A stretch of 63,434 nt of DNA, filler included, from Lenisia limosa (Eukaryota > Protista > Breviatea): the NCBI GenBank assembly GCA_001655205.1. It is 11 parts of 11 records of this genome, joined end to end, with 100 filler letters (N's around TTAATTAATTAA, not from the genome) between each part and the next. Parts side by side here need not be neighbours in the genome. Positions count along the whole stretch, not along the records: positions 43,628 to 52,755 come from LPNZ01009395.1; positions 52,856 to 55,062 come from LPNZ01006699.1; positions 55,163 to 57,475 come from LPNZ01001563.1; positions 57,576 to 59,972 come from LPNZ01002330.1; positions 60,073 to 61,227 come from LPNZ01008516.1; positions 61,328 to 63,434 come from LPNZ01003366.1; 5 more parts are not named here. One strand, given 5' to 3'. The stretch's first letter is position 1. The number at the start of each line of letters is the position of its first letter. Below the pieces are notes generated by a model, which had not been told where the DNA came from, did not search any database, and saw only the letters and a list, made by a program, of their open reading frames with translations. Positions 49,836 to 61,499 of this stretch are shown piece by piece. The translations under genes were made by a program, and so were the position numbers.

Positions 49836-52644
49836 ATGACTGCTCGAGGAGAGCTACCTGAATCTACTTTGAGTCTTGCTTACATACACGGGTTTGTTTG
49901 ACTCCATTACCCGCGATTTAATTCTATTTATAGATATCGTGGAGCAAGATGCCGATCAAATATCCATTTACTACCTTCTGGGGAGGTTGTCTACCCTGCA
50001 GCGGCAGTTATCGTGATTTTGAACCCTGAAACCAACGAACAGCGCTTCTTAAAGGGTCATACCGATGACGTTATCTCGTAAGTCGGGTATGAATCTATTT
50101 CCCCAAATTCGCCCACAACTGTTACAGGACTCTTCCACTCCCCAGACCTCTTTGAACTGCTTGCTTTAATCTACTGGATGTTTTAATTGCAGCGTAGGTT
50201 GTCTGTGAGCCCTGATTTCAAATATTGTGCTTCAGGAGAAGTCGGTAAAGATCCTGAAATTCGGTTTGTGGGAATGCTGTTTTGCCAGCTGTCTAATACT
50301 ATAATTAGCATATTCACACCCTGGTACACTTGGAATATGATGTTGATTATTGAAATACAGTGTTATTGGTAGACCTTTTCGCTGGTTTTTGAAGGGGTTT
50401 GGAAGTGGAAATCTCTTGGGCAAACTCCTTTTAAACGGCTTTATGCAGCTTTGTTATGATCGAAACTGTATTCCAACTAGGGGGGGGGGGGTAAGAATTT
50501 CAAATAGAATTCTGATTTGGCCTTTGCTTTGTTCTTATCCTGTCGTGTCACTTTTCTTGCATTTCAATCACCTCATAATCTTGTAAAACATCATAATTCA
50601 GAGTTTCAACTCTTTTGTGCTGTCAATTTAGTTGCCTCACTCTTTTCTCTGTTTGACAGCTGCCTCACTCTTTTCTTTGTTTGAGAGCTGCCTCACTCTT
50701 TTCTCTGTTTGACAGCTGCCTCACGCTCTTCTCTGTTTGACAGCTGTTTAGCGTATGGGAAATTGAAACCGGAGAACTTGTATCCATTTGCAAGGTTGGT
50801 GCAGGGTCGCTAATAATCAGATTAAACCGTTGTCTCTGATTTAGCCAATCATACCATTTGAAGCACGACAATATAATCGATAGTTGTCAAAAAAAATTAA
50901 TATTTTGTGAGCACAGAAGCCCTGCATTTATCCTGCAACGAGGAATTTTTTTAGCACCGGGTATTATTAATGTATTGTCTGGCGGTCTCAGTCTGTCCAG
51001 GGTCAGCATGAACGTGGCGTCTGCGCCCTGTCATTCAGCGCCGATTCCACGCAACTGGTGAGAGGACCTTTGCTTTTGTTTGTTTTTAACCTTTTTAAGT
51101 AATCGGCATGATAAAATATTTTTCAGTGGATCTCTCATAACCTCCCTTCCAACACTCTTTAGTATTATTGTTTCATAAATCAATTTTAACCCCACCCCTC
51201 AGCAGATTTTTCGGTTCGTGATTAGTGCCTTTACGCCAATATTCTTTATCGAAATTTCCTTCGTTTTACTCCCCACCCCTCAGGTGTCTGTGGGTCTTGA
51301 CGACGACCACACAGTTGTAGTCTGGAGATGGAGCTACGGCCGCGTTGTAGCCACTCGATCCGGACATTCTGACAGAGTACGCGGCCGAGGTGCCTCTTTC
51401 ATTTTCCCTTTGCCCTCCCACTCAGCTTGTGAATAGGTTACCTCACCATGTTAGTACCCCCTTTATCAGGTTGCATCACTCTCAATAATCCCAGTTATAG
51501 TGTATATCGATATAAATATTATATGACATACTATAAATATATATTTTGGGAGAGAGGAAGTTGCTATATTAGATGAAGCACATAACCAAAAAATAGATAT
51601 CGATTATAAATAGGATTACACCATACAGATTCTCCTCTCAGAAAGATGGTAGATCTTTGGAGATAGTGCTATAACACAATTCTTCTCCCCTATTTTTGTG
51701 CACTGATATACAATCTTTGTTATGATAGGGATTGATATGGTATTGGTTAAACTGGGTGTATCTGTCTTTCAAAAAAGCATAGCAACAATAGCTATTTATC
51801 TCCTTCGTTTACCCCCACCCCCCAGGTTTTCGAAGCCAAATTCCACCCCGGCACAGGGCAGCTCGTCACGTGCGGAGTGAAGCACATCAAATTCTGGAGT
51901 GCCAAGGTGGGCGCTGGAGTTTGGAGTGATGCGGTTACATCACTACATGTTCTAGATTTTACTGTCAGCTACCCCCCCCCCACACACACACACCTAAAGG
52001 TTCACTTTCGGTTCCGGTTCCGGTTTACGAAGAACCGGAACCGGAATTTTGGAGGTTATTTCGTCAAATCTAATCAATAAAGAGATCAATATACCTTCGT
52101 CATTTGAGCTATTAACAAATTTCAAGTTTTGAGTATCAGCTGCATATTATCTCTCTGAAATGTATCTTTTTTAAAAAATATTCCAATTTCAAATCCTGTA
52201 TTAAAAGAAGGGGAAAATACCAACTATCCATGTGACTCTCTTGAAAAAAAGAAAAAGAAGAAAGAGAGATCAAGTATTATCCAATCCGGGGATCGAACCC
52301 ATATACTTGATTTTCAAAAACTGAGAACCGAAAACCGGAAAATTTACCGATTCTTCCCGATTCCAGTTCCGAAACCGGAACTAAAGCTTTAACCCCATCA
52401 CCCCCACCAACTAGTTATTGTTTTATTCTATAATGCATATTGATTTCTGCTCTGATTTTGCACCAAAGACGTAATGTTTTATTCTCTTTTTTGTGAGTGT
52501 GTGTTTTTTCTGTACTTGGATTTAATAACATATTCCACTTGTGGCATGAACCTGACACTTCAGGGCAACACGCTTATTGCAAAGAAAGGTCTTTTTGGAC
52601 AGAAGGGCCCAATCACAACCCTCCTTACTCTGGCCTTTGCTGAC
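49836..52644 (+). CDS. EML5/6-like HELP + WD40 protein, truncated by linker
   Basis: LSLAYIHGYRGARCRSN, EQRFLKGHTDDVISL, ASGEVGKDP, VSVGLDDDHTVVVWRW, GHSDRVF, VTCGVKHIKFW, GNTLIAKKGLFG. Confidence 0.88.
50632..50743 (+). repeat. 28-bp tandem repeat x4 of a pyrimidine tract + AG
   Basis: CTGCCTCACTCTTTTCTCTGTTTGACAG, ending 8 nt before the in-frame EML exon start at 50752. Confidence 0.9.
51995..52392. mobile_element. Putative MITE with AACCGG/CCGGTT subterminal repeats in an EML intron
   Basis: Clusters of TTCCGG/CCGGAA at both ends, perfect 14-bp IR at 52012-52046; no TSD found. Confidence 0.5.
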
Positions 52645-53056
52645 GTATGTGGACTTACCATTTAACTACCAAACTCACACAAGGTGTTTAGTCTCTCATT
52701 TAGATAAATCATTGAGGAATATCGATATCCCCCCGCCCTGCGCCTTTAAACCCACNNNNNNNNNNNNNNNNNNNNNNNNNNNNNNNNNNNNNNNNNNNNT
52801 TAATTAATTAANNNNNNNNNNNNNNNNNNNNNNNNNNNNNNNNNNNNNNNNNNNNTACCGTTCTGGAACGGCACAAAAGGTAAGAGTCAAATTCGCTTGA
52901 TTTATTAACATCTTCAATCATATTTTCGCCCATTTATGGGAAAGTTACGCTCATTGTTTGCCCAATTTGTCTCGTATTCTCTACTTAAATGCCTCTAGGT
53001 TACTCAAGAGTGAAAAAAAAACAAAACAAATCTCATGGTGCAAGAACGTCTTTACT

Positions 53057-54880
53057 TTATCGCAGGGACATTCTAGGCCCATAATCAGTGTTTTTAATGT
53101 ATTTCGCATGAAAAATTAAAGTACCATGAAGGTGGTATTTTGCCTGTATGTTGATACCTCTGCCTATTTTTCTGAATAAAACCCTGTATAAAGGAGTGTT
53201 TCGGCGATAATTTGCAAAAAATGCGAAAGAGGCGTAAATAAGGAGCATATTGACTCAAAAAATTGAAAGAAAAACCTCCTTTTTGTTCGCGGTTTTAACT
53301 ATATATATATTATCCCTTGGGGAGGGGGAGAGAAAGACTCACTTGGAAATGCTGTGTTTGCAGGGAGAGGCTATGCAGTCTTTGAGAGTTGATATGCATG
53401 TAAATCTGGCAATGGGTAAAGATTATTATACTGTAAAAAGTTGGGCATGAAGTTCATTGTTTAATGGATTTTATGAGATTTAATAGAGCTCCGGGCAATT
53501 AATATTCATTTCCGGAGTTAAATATTTAACTTATGTCGGATTGCAGTGATGTCATGCTCATTGCAGGTTGCACAAACCTTAACAGCCAGGTCACCCGGGG
53601 GGCATGAGCGTGGCGGAACAGGAATTTCATTGAGAAGAGCGAAAGTCTGAATCAAGGTAAAACGATGCTGAGGGACAAGATATGATAAAATAGTAGATAG
53701 ACCAATAATCACTCACCACCTTCTTTCCCTTAACTGCGCATCATATATAGTATACCTTCTTCCTTCCCTTAACCGCATATCATATTATGCCTCTCCCCCC
53801 ACCATGCCGCGCTGAAGTAAGGCGTCAATGAGTTTGTCTCTGGATGACGACGCTGGCAGGCCGGCAGAGAGACGTGCAGATAGGGTGAACTGAGGGGTGT
53901 TGGTGAAAATAATCATTTTTTCGTAGTATTTCAGATCTGATAAACATATGACATATTATAGGTATTATCAATATTATCTGCTCCCCCCCCCCCCCCNNNN
54001 NNNNNNNNNNNNNNNNNNNNNNNNNNNNNNNNNNNNNNNNNNNNNNNNNNNNNNNNNNNNNNNNNNNNNNNNNNNNNNNNNNNNNNNNNNNNNNNNNCAA
54101 GATAGATCCTGGCTAAGGGTTTCACTTCCGAAAAAAGTTCAATAGAGCCGATATATCATATATTACTGCATATAGCTATAAAGTAGATTATTTACGGAGA
54201 TTATTTTTTGAAACGAAGTGAAACCGACTTGAAACAAAGCATGAAAATGCTGCTCCAAAGAAACAACTTTAATTTCTTGATTCTTGGAATTGTACTACTA
54301 ACTAAAAAAGAAAGAGCAATTATTGGAAAATCAGAATCCTCTTGAAGAAAACTGTTTTATTAAGCATCCCTCAAACCTGGGGGTAAGGAGACCTCTCCAT
54401 AAGCGCACAAATGGTTTCAAGAACTGAGCGCTCCTTTTCAAGGTTAATTCAAAGCCTCATCATTTGTTCACGGGTTGGGCATAGGGTTTCATTTCGGTTG
54501 AAAAAAAAGACTGAATATCTTGATAGATCCTCGAAAAATATCGATCTTTTACCGGTCTTTTTCGAACCGAAGTGAAACCGAGTCGGGCATGGAGAAAATC
54601 AGGAAAGGTCCCACGCTACATCACCGATCCTGCAAGAACATAGACTATACCTGTTCAACGCCCCCTTTTAACGCGACAATGTGGACGTCTTCGGCACATC
54701 ACTGCCTTTGTCAAATCACCCCCACCCCAACCTCGATATGAAGTGGAACGTCGGCATTAGGCGCCACTTCAACGCCAGCCGTCGGCACCAATACACCATC
54801 CGGGCCGATACGTCCACGTGACTTCATTACTGCTATCAGCTCCTTGATGGGCGAAGACACCGCCGCCGCCCACACCTGCA
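53057..54880 (-). CDS. Uncharacterised spliced gene
   Basis: AG/GT-bounded exons VWAAAVSSPIKELIAVMKSRG, ERSVLETICALMERSPYPQ, FTLSARLSAG...DKLIDALLQRG, HRFTLIQTFALLNEIPVPP. Confidence 0.45.
54482..54581. mobile_element. hAT-type MITE (family C)
   Basis: TAGGGTTTCATTTCGG...CCGAAGTGAAACCGA; flanks gttgggca/gtcgggca. Confidence 0.8.
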
Positions 54881-55162
54881 GCGTGATGGGATATAAATAC
54901 GAGGGGGTTATGGGATGTTATGATGTGTGTGGGATGGTAATTAATAGAGCTCCGGGAAATTAATATTAATAAAACATTAATATTATTCATACATATCGAT
55001 ATTGTAATAAATACCCCTCTCTCTCTCTATCCAAGACAGCCCATCTGTTCAGCAACAGAATCNNNNNNNNNNNNNNNNNNNNNNNNNNNNNNNNNNNNNN
55101 NNNNNNTTAATTAATTAANNNNNNNNNNNNNNNNNNNNNNNNNNNNNNNNNNNNNNNNNNNN

Positions 55163-57475
55163 AGCCGGGCGGACCAACAACCCGTGCCGATTGAGGCTCT
55201 GGAGGCGTTGCAGCTTGCTGTTGGCCTTGTCGCCTTGGCCTTGCGGAATAGAAATGCTGAGGTGGGGGTGCATGGAAATTGTTTTCTTTCCCTTTTATGA
55301 ATTCATCTAACTATTCAATAAATCCTCAATTCCACCCATATTTACCTTTTGATCGGAATTTCCTTCGCTTGTTTCCCCCCCTGTGAGACTCACTCCATAG
55401 TCGTCAAAGAGGCTTCGGAGGATCCTTGGAGCTGCCCATTCAATTGCGTCAGGACAGAGCCCTCATGTTGCTGTGAGAGTTGGGGGGGGGGGTCATGTTC
55501 TTCAATGTTCTAAAGCTATACTGTTTTACTCTTGTGTCTTGAATAATAGTTGTTGTTTCTCAATCATGGGCTAACTTTTCAGATTTTAAAGATGGCTGAG
55601 GCTGAGCAATGGTGATGTATGTTGTTGTGTTTCAATGTTTTATTTATAATATATTTAATGTTTTCTTCTTGCATGGCTCTCATTTGCTCGGAGAAGGTGG
55701 AACAAGCGGCGCGATCTTGCGTACAAACCCTATCGTGACCCACCCCCCCGCGAAGTCTTTTTTTTTCTTATTGTCGTCCACTGCATGCCCTGATGTTTGA
55801 AATTGAGCATCTTGTGCACGCTGCAACAGACAAGCAGAAAAGGAGGAAGAGAGTGTTGGAGATTTCAGCCAGCTTGCAAATGATGTCATGACGTCATCAC
55901 TGCTGTGGCCTTCTTTGCGCTTCCACTGACAGGACTCTCTCTTGCTACTACCACCACCACCAAACTTCCAAACTTTGACCAAACTACCAGCAGCAAACTA
56001 CCTTTCTACCGTTTCTGCCCCCCCCCCCACATAACCTCATCTTGCTTGCCCTCACCAATAGAGTAAGAACTCCCCTCACACGGCACACGAAGGCAGAGGG
56101 ACCAAGACGACACCTTATCTTGTCTGTCAAGAAGCTCCTCCAAAGCCAACTTGAGCCTTTCCCAGCCCTTCTTCTTTGCTGAACACAATTCAGGCCTCGC
56201 ATCTTGTGTAATGCCTCTCCAGGTGATCCCCATTCTTGGCGGTCCCGGTTCAGGCAAAGGTGGGAATGGATCCTTGAATTAATATTTTACAATTTTGGAA
56301 AGTGTTATGGTATGAACGGCTTTGGCCATACTCCTAAAGTCTGACATTCAGTCTCTAAATTTAGACATTAATATCCATTTGATCAAGCCCGGTTTTAATG
56401 TCCAATGGTACATTGATGTAATTTACACTGACTGTCGAAGTTCTTCACTTCGGTCCCAAAAAGACTGGAATTATTCGTAAAATTCAGCCTAAAAGAAGGT
56501 CTACAAATTAGTTTTCTTACACTTCGTAGGAACACAGTGCCAGAACCTATGTCGCGACTTTCCTGAGATTTGTCATGTTTCCATTGGATCATTGTTGAGG
56601 TGGGGGGATTTGTCTGTAGTTGTCTTCATTTTTTGAAAGGGGGTAACATATGAGGCATATTTGGGGGTAACATGAGGAAACATTTTTATAACGGACTCAT
56701 TTCCTAGGGATGAGTCGAACCCCCATCATGAAGCAATCAAAACCCTCATGTCCAAAGGTACAAAGGGAAGAGTACGATGACGAACCAGAGAACAGTTTCC
56801 TTTAAACCTGTATTTCGGCCTATTTGTTACTGTATTGTAGGAGAGCTTGTGCCCAGAAAAGTGGTGATGACTGCTTTGAAACACAAATTGAGACAGGTTG
56901 GCAGGTTGGATAACTTGTGCTGAAAAGCTTGAGTGCCTAATGCAATGCAATAGGGTATTGACAGATGTATCATATAATATTTTAATTGTATCGCATTTTT
57001 AGCAGTATTTCATCAGAACATTATTGACAACAATTAGTAGACCATTTTACAAGCACCTTCAGATAAAGGAGTCTTTTTTCAACTTACTATTTCAGATTGA
57101 GAATAAAGGGGAATTTTCGATTGTTCTTCTTGACGGATTCCCGCGGACACTTGGTGGGCTGGCCCTGTGCTGGCAATAACAAGATGCGGGCATTGGATTT
57201 GATATATTATAAGCGTGATGGTGTAAACGGCTTCGGCTGGATAGAACCTTGTTTTATTTCTTATCATATAGTATGTACCATATTTTTTATTATTGTACAT
57301 AAGAAACTAAACCATAGTTATTCCTAATTTTTTAAGTATTACACATAGTTTGAATACCCATTTTAATCCGATATTTATTGCCAGGAACAATTCTCATATT
57401 TCAGGCCAGGCAAAGGAGCTCACACACCTTGGAGTCGATATTACTACCGTTATTCAGCTCAATGTTCCTCCAATG
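55163..57475 (+). CDS. Adenylate kinase-domain protein, partial
   Basis: P-loop VIPILGGPGSGKGTQC (exon 56223-56259), HVSIGSLLR, IKTLMSKGELVP, LLDGFPRTLGQAKEL; upstream non-AK exons indicate a larger protein. Confidence 0.8.
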
Positions 57476-57778
57476 NNNNNNNNNNNNNNNNNNNNNNNNN
57501 NNNNNNNNNNNNNNNNNNNTTAATTAATTAANNNNNNNNNNNNNNNNNNNNNNNNNNNNNNNNNNNNNNNNNNNNGAGGGGGAATCTGCTTGTGCCTGGT
57601 ACAAAAATAAAACAACAGAAAAACACAAATGCTTTGCTAAATTATTAATCATTCAGTCTGGAATATTCTGAACGGTCAAAGGTGAATCGCCGTTTGGTTC
57701 TGAGTTTTCTTTCCAAATAAGGTATGTGGGGTCTTACTTTCCAAATAGGTAATATGTGTAAGGGCTTTCTTTCCCCCA

Positions 57779-57950
57779 GTACGCCGGAGTGATGGGATGC
57801 GATGTTGCAAAAGCGACTGGCCTGGGCCTTGTTTCTTTTTTTTGCTGTTGTTGTTGTTTTTTACTCTCGTGTGTTTTTCAATGTTTCACCAACAGAGTTG
57901 ATTACGTTGTTTGTTTTGTTTTCATTTACTCACCCCCCCCCCACTTCCCT
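57779..57950 (+). repeat. Family D element
   Basis: GTACGCCGGAGTGATGGGATGCGATGTTGCAAAAGCGACTGGCCTGGG...CCAACAGAGTTGATT...TTTACTCA(C)n. Confidence 0.75.
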
Positions 57951-58630
57951 CACACGTTCTTGAGAAAATCCGAGCTAACTAACCTGGTAATCCTCTTTCT
58001 CATCCCCCTAACTTCGTTCCCTTACTTTTTTAGGGTTGTATAGCTCCTGTTATGTTGTAGTTCTACGTTCTAAGGTTTCTATTGTATTTTAATGTGTTTT
58101 TTTGAAATTTATTGTATCATTTTCACAATTCCTCAATGAACTACCAGGTGATGGGTGTACTTTATGTCATTATATTTTCTGATGTAATTATCTACATATA
58201 TGCTGGGGAGGTACGCAGACAGCCGTTTTTTAATTCTCTTTGAAGTTACCACAATAAGGTCTGACACTAGGAGGCTTTTATATTCTTATGTTAGTACATC
58301 ATAGCTTGAAATGAATGGAATTATAGCTGTTCTCTCGTCTGCATTTCTGTTTCACGCCGTAAAACAAACAAGAAAACAGCAAATAGTAATGAAATATTCT
58401 TAACCACAAACTATTTAAACATATGATTGGGGTTGTTGTTATAGCTCATCGCTGAATCATTGTGTCTATCCTATATATTTAAATAAATCTTCACTGACCA
58501 CGGAAAGAGACTAAGCTCAATTTTCGTGCGACTTACTTCTCAGACTCGCAAAAAAGTGATAGTGGTACATTAGAACGGAGAAATATGCAACATGGCCGGG
58601 CTTTACGCCCTACGCCGTTAACAGGAAAAA

Positions 58631-59905
58631 CTAGAGGACGGTTGCCTCATCGTCGTGATCGGAGTCATCTATGAGGGCAACAAAGGGATTGAAGGACGGC
58701 TTGGCTTCTGAAGCTTCCTGTGGGGGGTTAAAAAACAACAATAACAATAAGAATAAAAAATCCCCAAAAACCCAAAACAAAAAGAAGAGCAAGTTTACCC
58801 CCTCTCACGGTCGGCTGTTCATCAATAAGCCTATGAAGATCCTCATCATCCTTCCGGGCTTCATTCTTTCGGATTTCTGACTGGGCTCTTTGGTCGGCTG
58901 CCTCGAAGGCCGTCCACTCGTCTTCTTCTTGCTGCTTCTGGAAGGTGAATTGAGGAGGTGGGGTAAAAATTGAACATTTATGAAATCAAAATCACCTCTG
59001 TTGGTTGACAACAGAGGTTTGAAAATAATAATAATAAAAAAAAGTGACTGATAAAAAAAAAAAAACGATATTTTACAGGTGTTTCGGAACCGAAAGTGAA
59101 GCTCTACCAAGAAGTAACGCATTTGTATTGTACTTGCTTGAAGTAGGGCTTCATTTCAGCTTGGAAAAAACCGGGAAAATATCGATAGTTTTCGAGGATT
59201 TATCGAGAAATTTATTTCGAACCGAAGGGAAGCCCTAATTTTTCAGATACACACACCCCCCTACTTGCTCGGCCTTAAGAAGCTCCTTCTTCTCCTTAGC
59301 CTCCTTTCGCTTTTCCTCCCTCTCCATCTTCAGTCTCTCTCGATCCTCCTTGGCCTTTTGGCTTTTCAAGGCTCTTTTCTTTTTTCGGGGGCTTGGGGGG
59401 GCTGGAGAGTGGAGTGAAACAAACAAGAGAAATAATATACATTAGAAATCTAGGGAAACAAAAATATAAAAACTATAAAACAATCAGCAATGTGGGGGAA
59501 GGAGGGAGTAAAATAGGAAAATTTATGAAACAAACAAAGGCCAAAATCAAGAAAAATTGGACAATTTATGAAAGCAAAAAAGCCCAAAATCAACTCTGCT
59601 GAATGCTAATATCCGCCCACTATCAGCGGGAGTGTCAGGAAGGGGTGCGGAAGTGGGGGTGGCGGGTTTGAGGGGTGAGGAGAGCCCCACGTCTGGGGAT
59701 GTCTGGCCAAGTAAAACAAGTAAAATTTATGTCACAAAAAAAAAAACCCAAAATCAACTCTTTGGATAACACCAATTAATAAAACAGCATAGGACGTACA
59801 TATTATATGATATCAAATAGTAACAATAAATCAATAATCAAACCTGGGGTATGAAGTCATCGGCGTCGAAAAGCATGTTGTGCGAGTCTGAAGGAATAGC
59901 TGAAA
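58631..59905 (-). CDS. Charged coiled-coil protein, 3' portion
   Basis: KAKEDRERLKMEREEKRKEAKEKKELLKAEQ-KQQEEDEWTAFEAADQ...-EASEAKPSFNPF...L*. Confidence 0.5.
59144..59237. mobile_element. MITE family C copy, no TSD match
   Basis: TAGGGCTTC...GAAGCCCTA with family core. Further degenerate copies near 4445-4536, 9700-9802, 10868-10952, 31850-31915. Confidence 0.75.
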
Positions 59906-60139
59906 AAGTTAATGTCTTGTTTGGATTTGAGCTAAATCTTTAAATAAAACCCAGGGATGCCGAGAAAAAAAANNNNNNNNNNNNNNNNNNNNNNNNNNNN
60001 NNNNNNNNNNNNNNNNTTAATTAATTAANNNNNNNNNNNNNNNNNNNNNNNNNNNNNNNNNNNNNNNNNNNNCAGCACTGCACGGTGTTAACCATACCAT
60101 TCAATACATTTGTATGACCAACTGACATGCCCTCCCCAC

Positions 60140-61227
60140 CTCTGGCTGAATTTCCTGTTTTGGCGTCGGCTTGGCCCTACGTCTGAATTGCCGCACCAAA
60201 TACTCCAAATGTTCGTCTTGATCCGCAAACTCCCTAATGCGTTGGGCGGTAAGTGCAGGAAACATGGTCATTTGTGCAACAAAAGGAGCAAAAAGTTGAA
60301 AAGTAAAAACGAAAAAAAAAAAAAAAATCGTTTGAAAAGACATAGAATTTANNNNNNNNNNNNNNNNNNNNNNNNNNNNNNNNNNNNNNNNNNNNNNNNN
60401 NNNNNNNNNNNNNNNNNNNNNNNNNNNNNNNNNNNNNNNNNNNNNNNNNNNNNNNNNNNNNNNNCCGACAATACCTTCTCAGCGCTCTGTCCATAGCCCG
60501 GTCGTCTGTGTGTAGCTGTTGATACTCTTCTTTCAATTGTGCAGCCTGGGGGTGGGTAAATGGGAACAAAAAAAAAAGTCAGGTATCACATCAAAACAGA
60601 ACAAAAAGTCAATTCAGCAGTGCAGTCATTCAATAAGTGAAATGCAGAGTATTGCTATTTTTACCAGGACCTTACCAAGACCGCCACAAAATAAATCAAT
60701 ATATCGATATCTATTACAATATTATATCATATAGTATTCATACTATCAGAGTATGCCCTCCCCCCCGCTCACTTCCCTCCTAAACTCTGCGAGACTTGAA
60801 GTGGTCTTGGCCTTGGCAAACTTCAAGCGGTCTAAGTCCCCGACAAGTTTCAGTTCTGCAGCCTCCAGGTTCTGACAGTTAAGCACAAGCTCATTAATAT
60901 TATTAATAGCCAGAACACATTACAAGTCAAAAACACCCACCTCGGTAGACGTGAGCGCCATGACGAGAGACGCGACGGTCAGTTCCGTAGTCCGCGTGGC
61001 TCGGAGCGAATCCTCTTGCACCAAGGACAGGGCAGTCAGACTCTCGTTAAAGAGCTGCCGGATCTGGAGCATGAGGATGCAGCTATCGAGGTATCAACCA
61101 TCAAGGCATATCAAAACACTCCTCACAGCACTGCGCTAAGAAATCCTCATAGCACTCGCCCACCTCAGCCGCCTGGGCCACGAGTTTCTTTGACTCCGTC
61201 TCAAGGGCTCGTCGTCGCTTGCTGGCT
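60140..61227 (-). CDS. CFAP43: CFAP43 (WDR96)-like coiled-coil region, fragment
   Basis: IRQLFNESL, LKEEYQQLHTDDRAMDRALRREFADQDEHLEYLVRQFRRR, matching the recalled CFAP43 pattern EDKVMDRSFKKEF...LYKLFKRRPR. Confidence 0.65.
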
Positions 61228-61499
61228 NNNNNNNNNNNNNNNNNNNNNNNNNNNNNNNNNNNNNNNNNNNNTTAATTAATTAANNNNNNNNNNNNNNNNN
61301 NNNNNNNNNNNNNNNNNNNNNNNNNNNGACGGCTTCGGCCAGATACATCTTTTTTGTTTTATTTCTCATTGCTACCATACCTTCCCATCCTCCATCCGTC
61401 ATTCTCACCCTCTCATATAAAACTCATCGCTGGATTTATGGAGTGAAGATTGTCTCTTATTGTTTGGAATCCCTTTGGGGAATCGTGATCTACATTTAA

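Noticed and set aside
52280-52302. tRNA gene
   Set aside because: Only a T-arm-like motif; no acceptor stem, D arm or anticodon arm.
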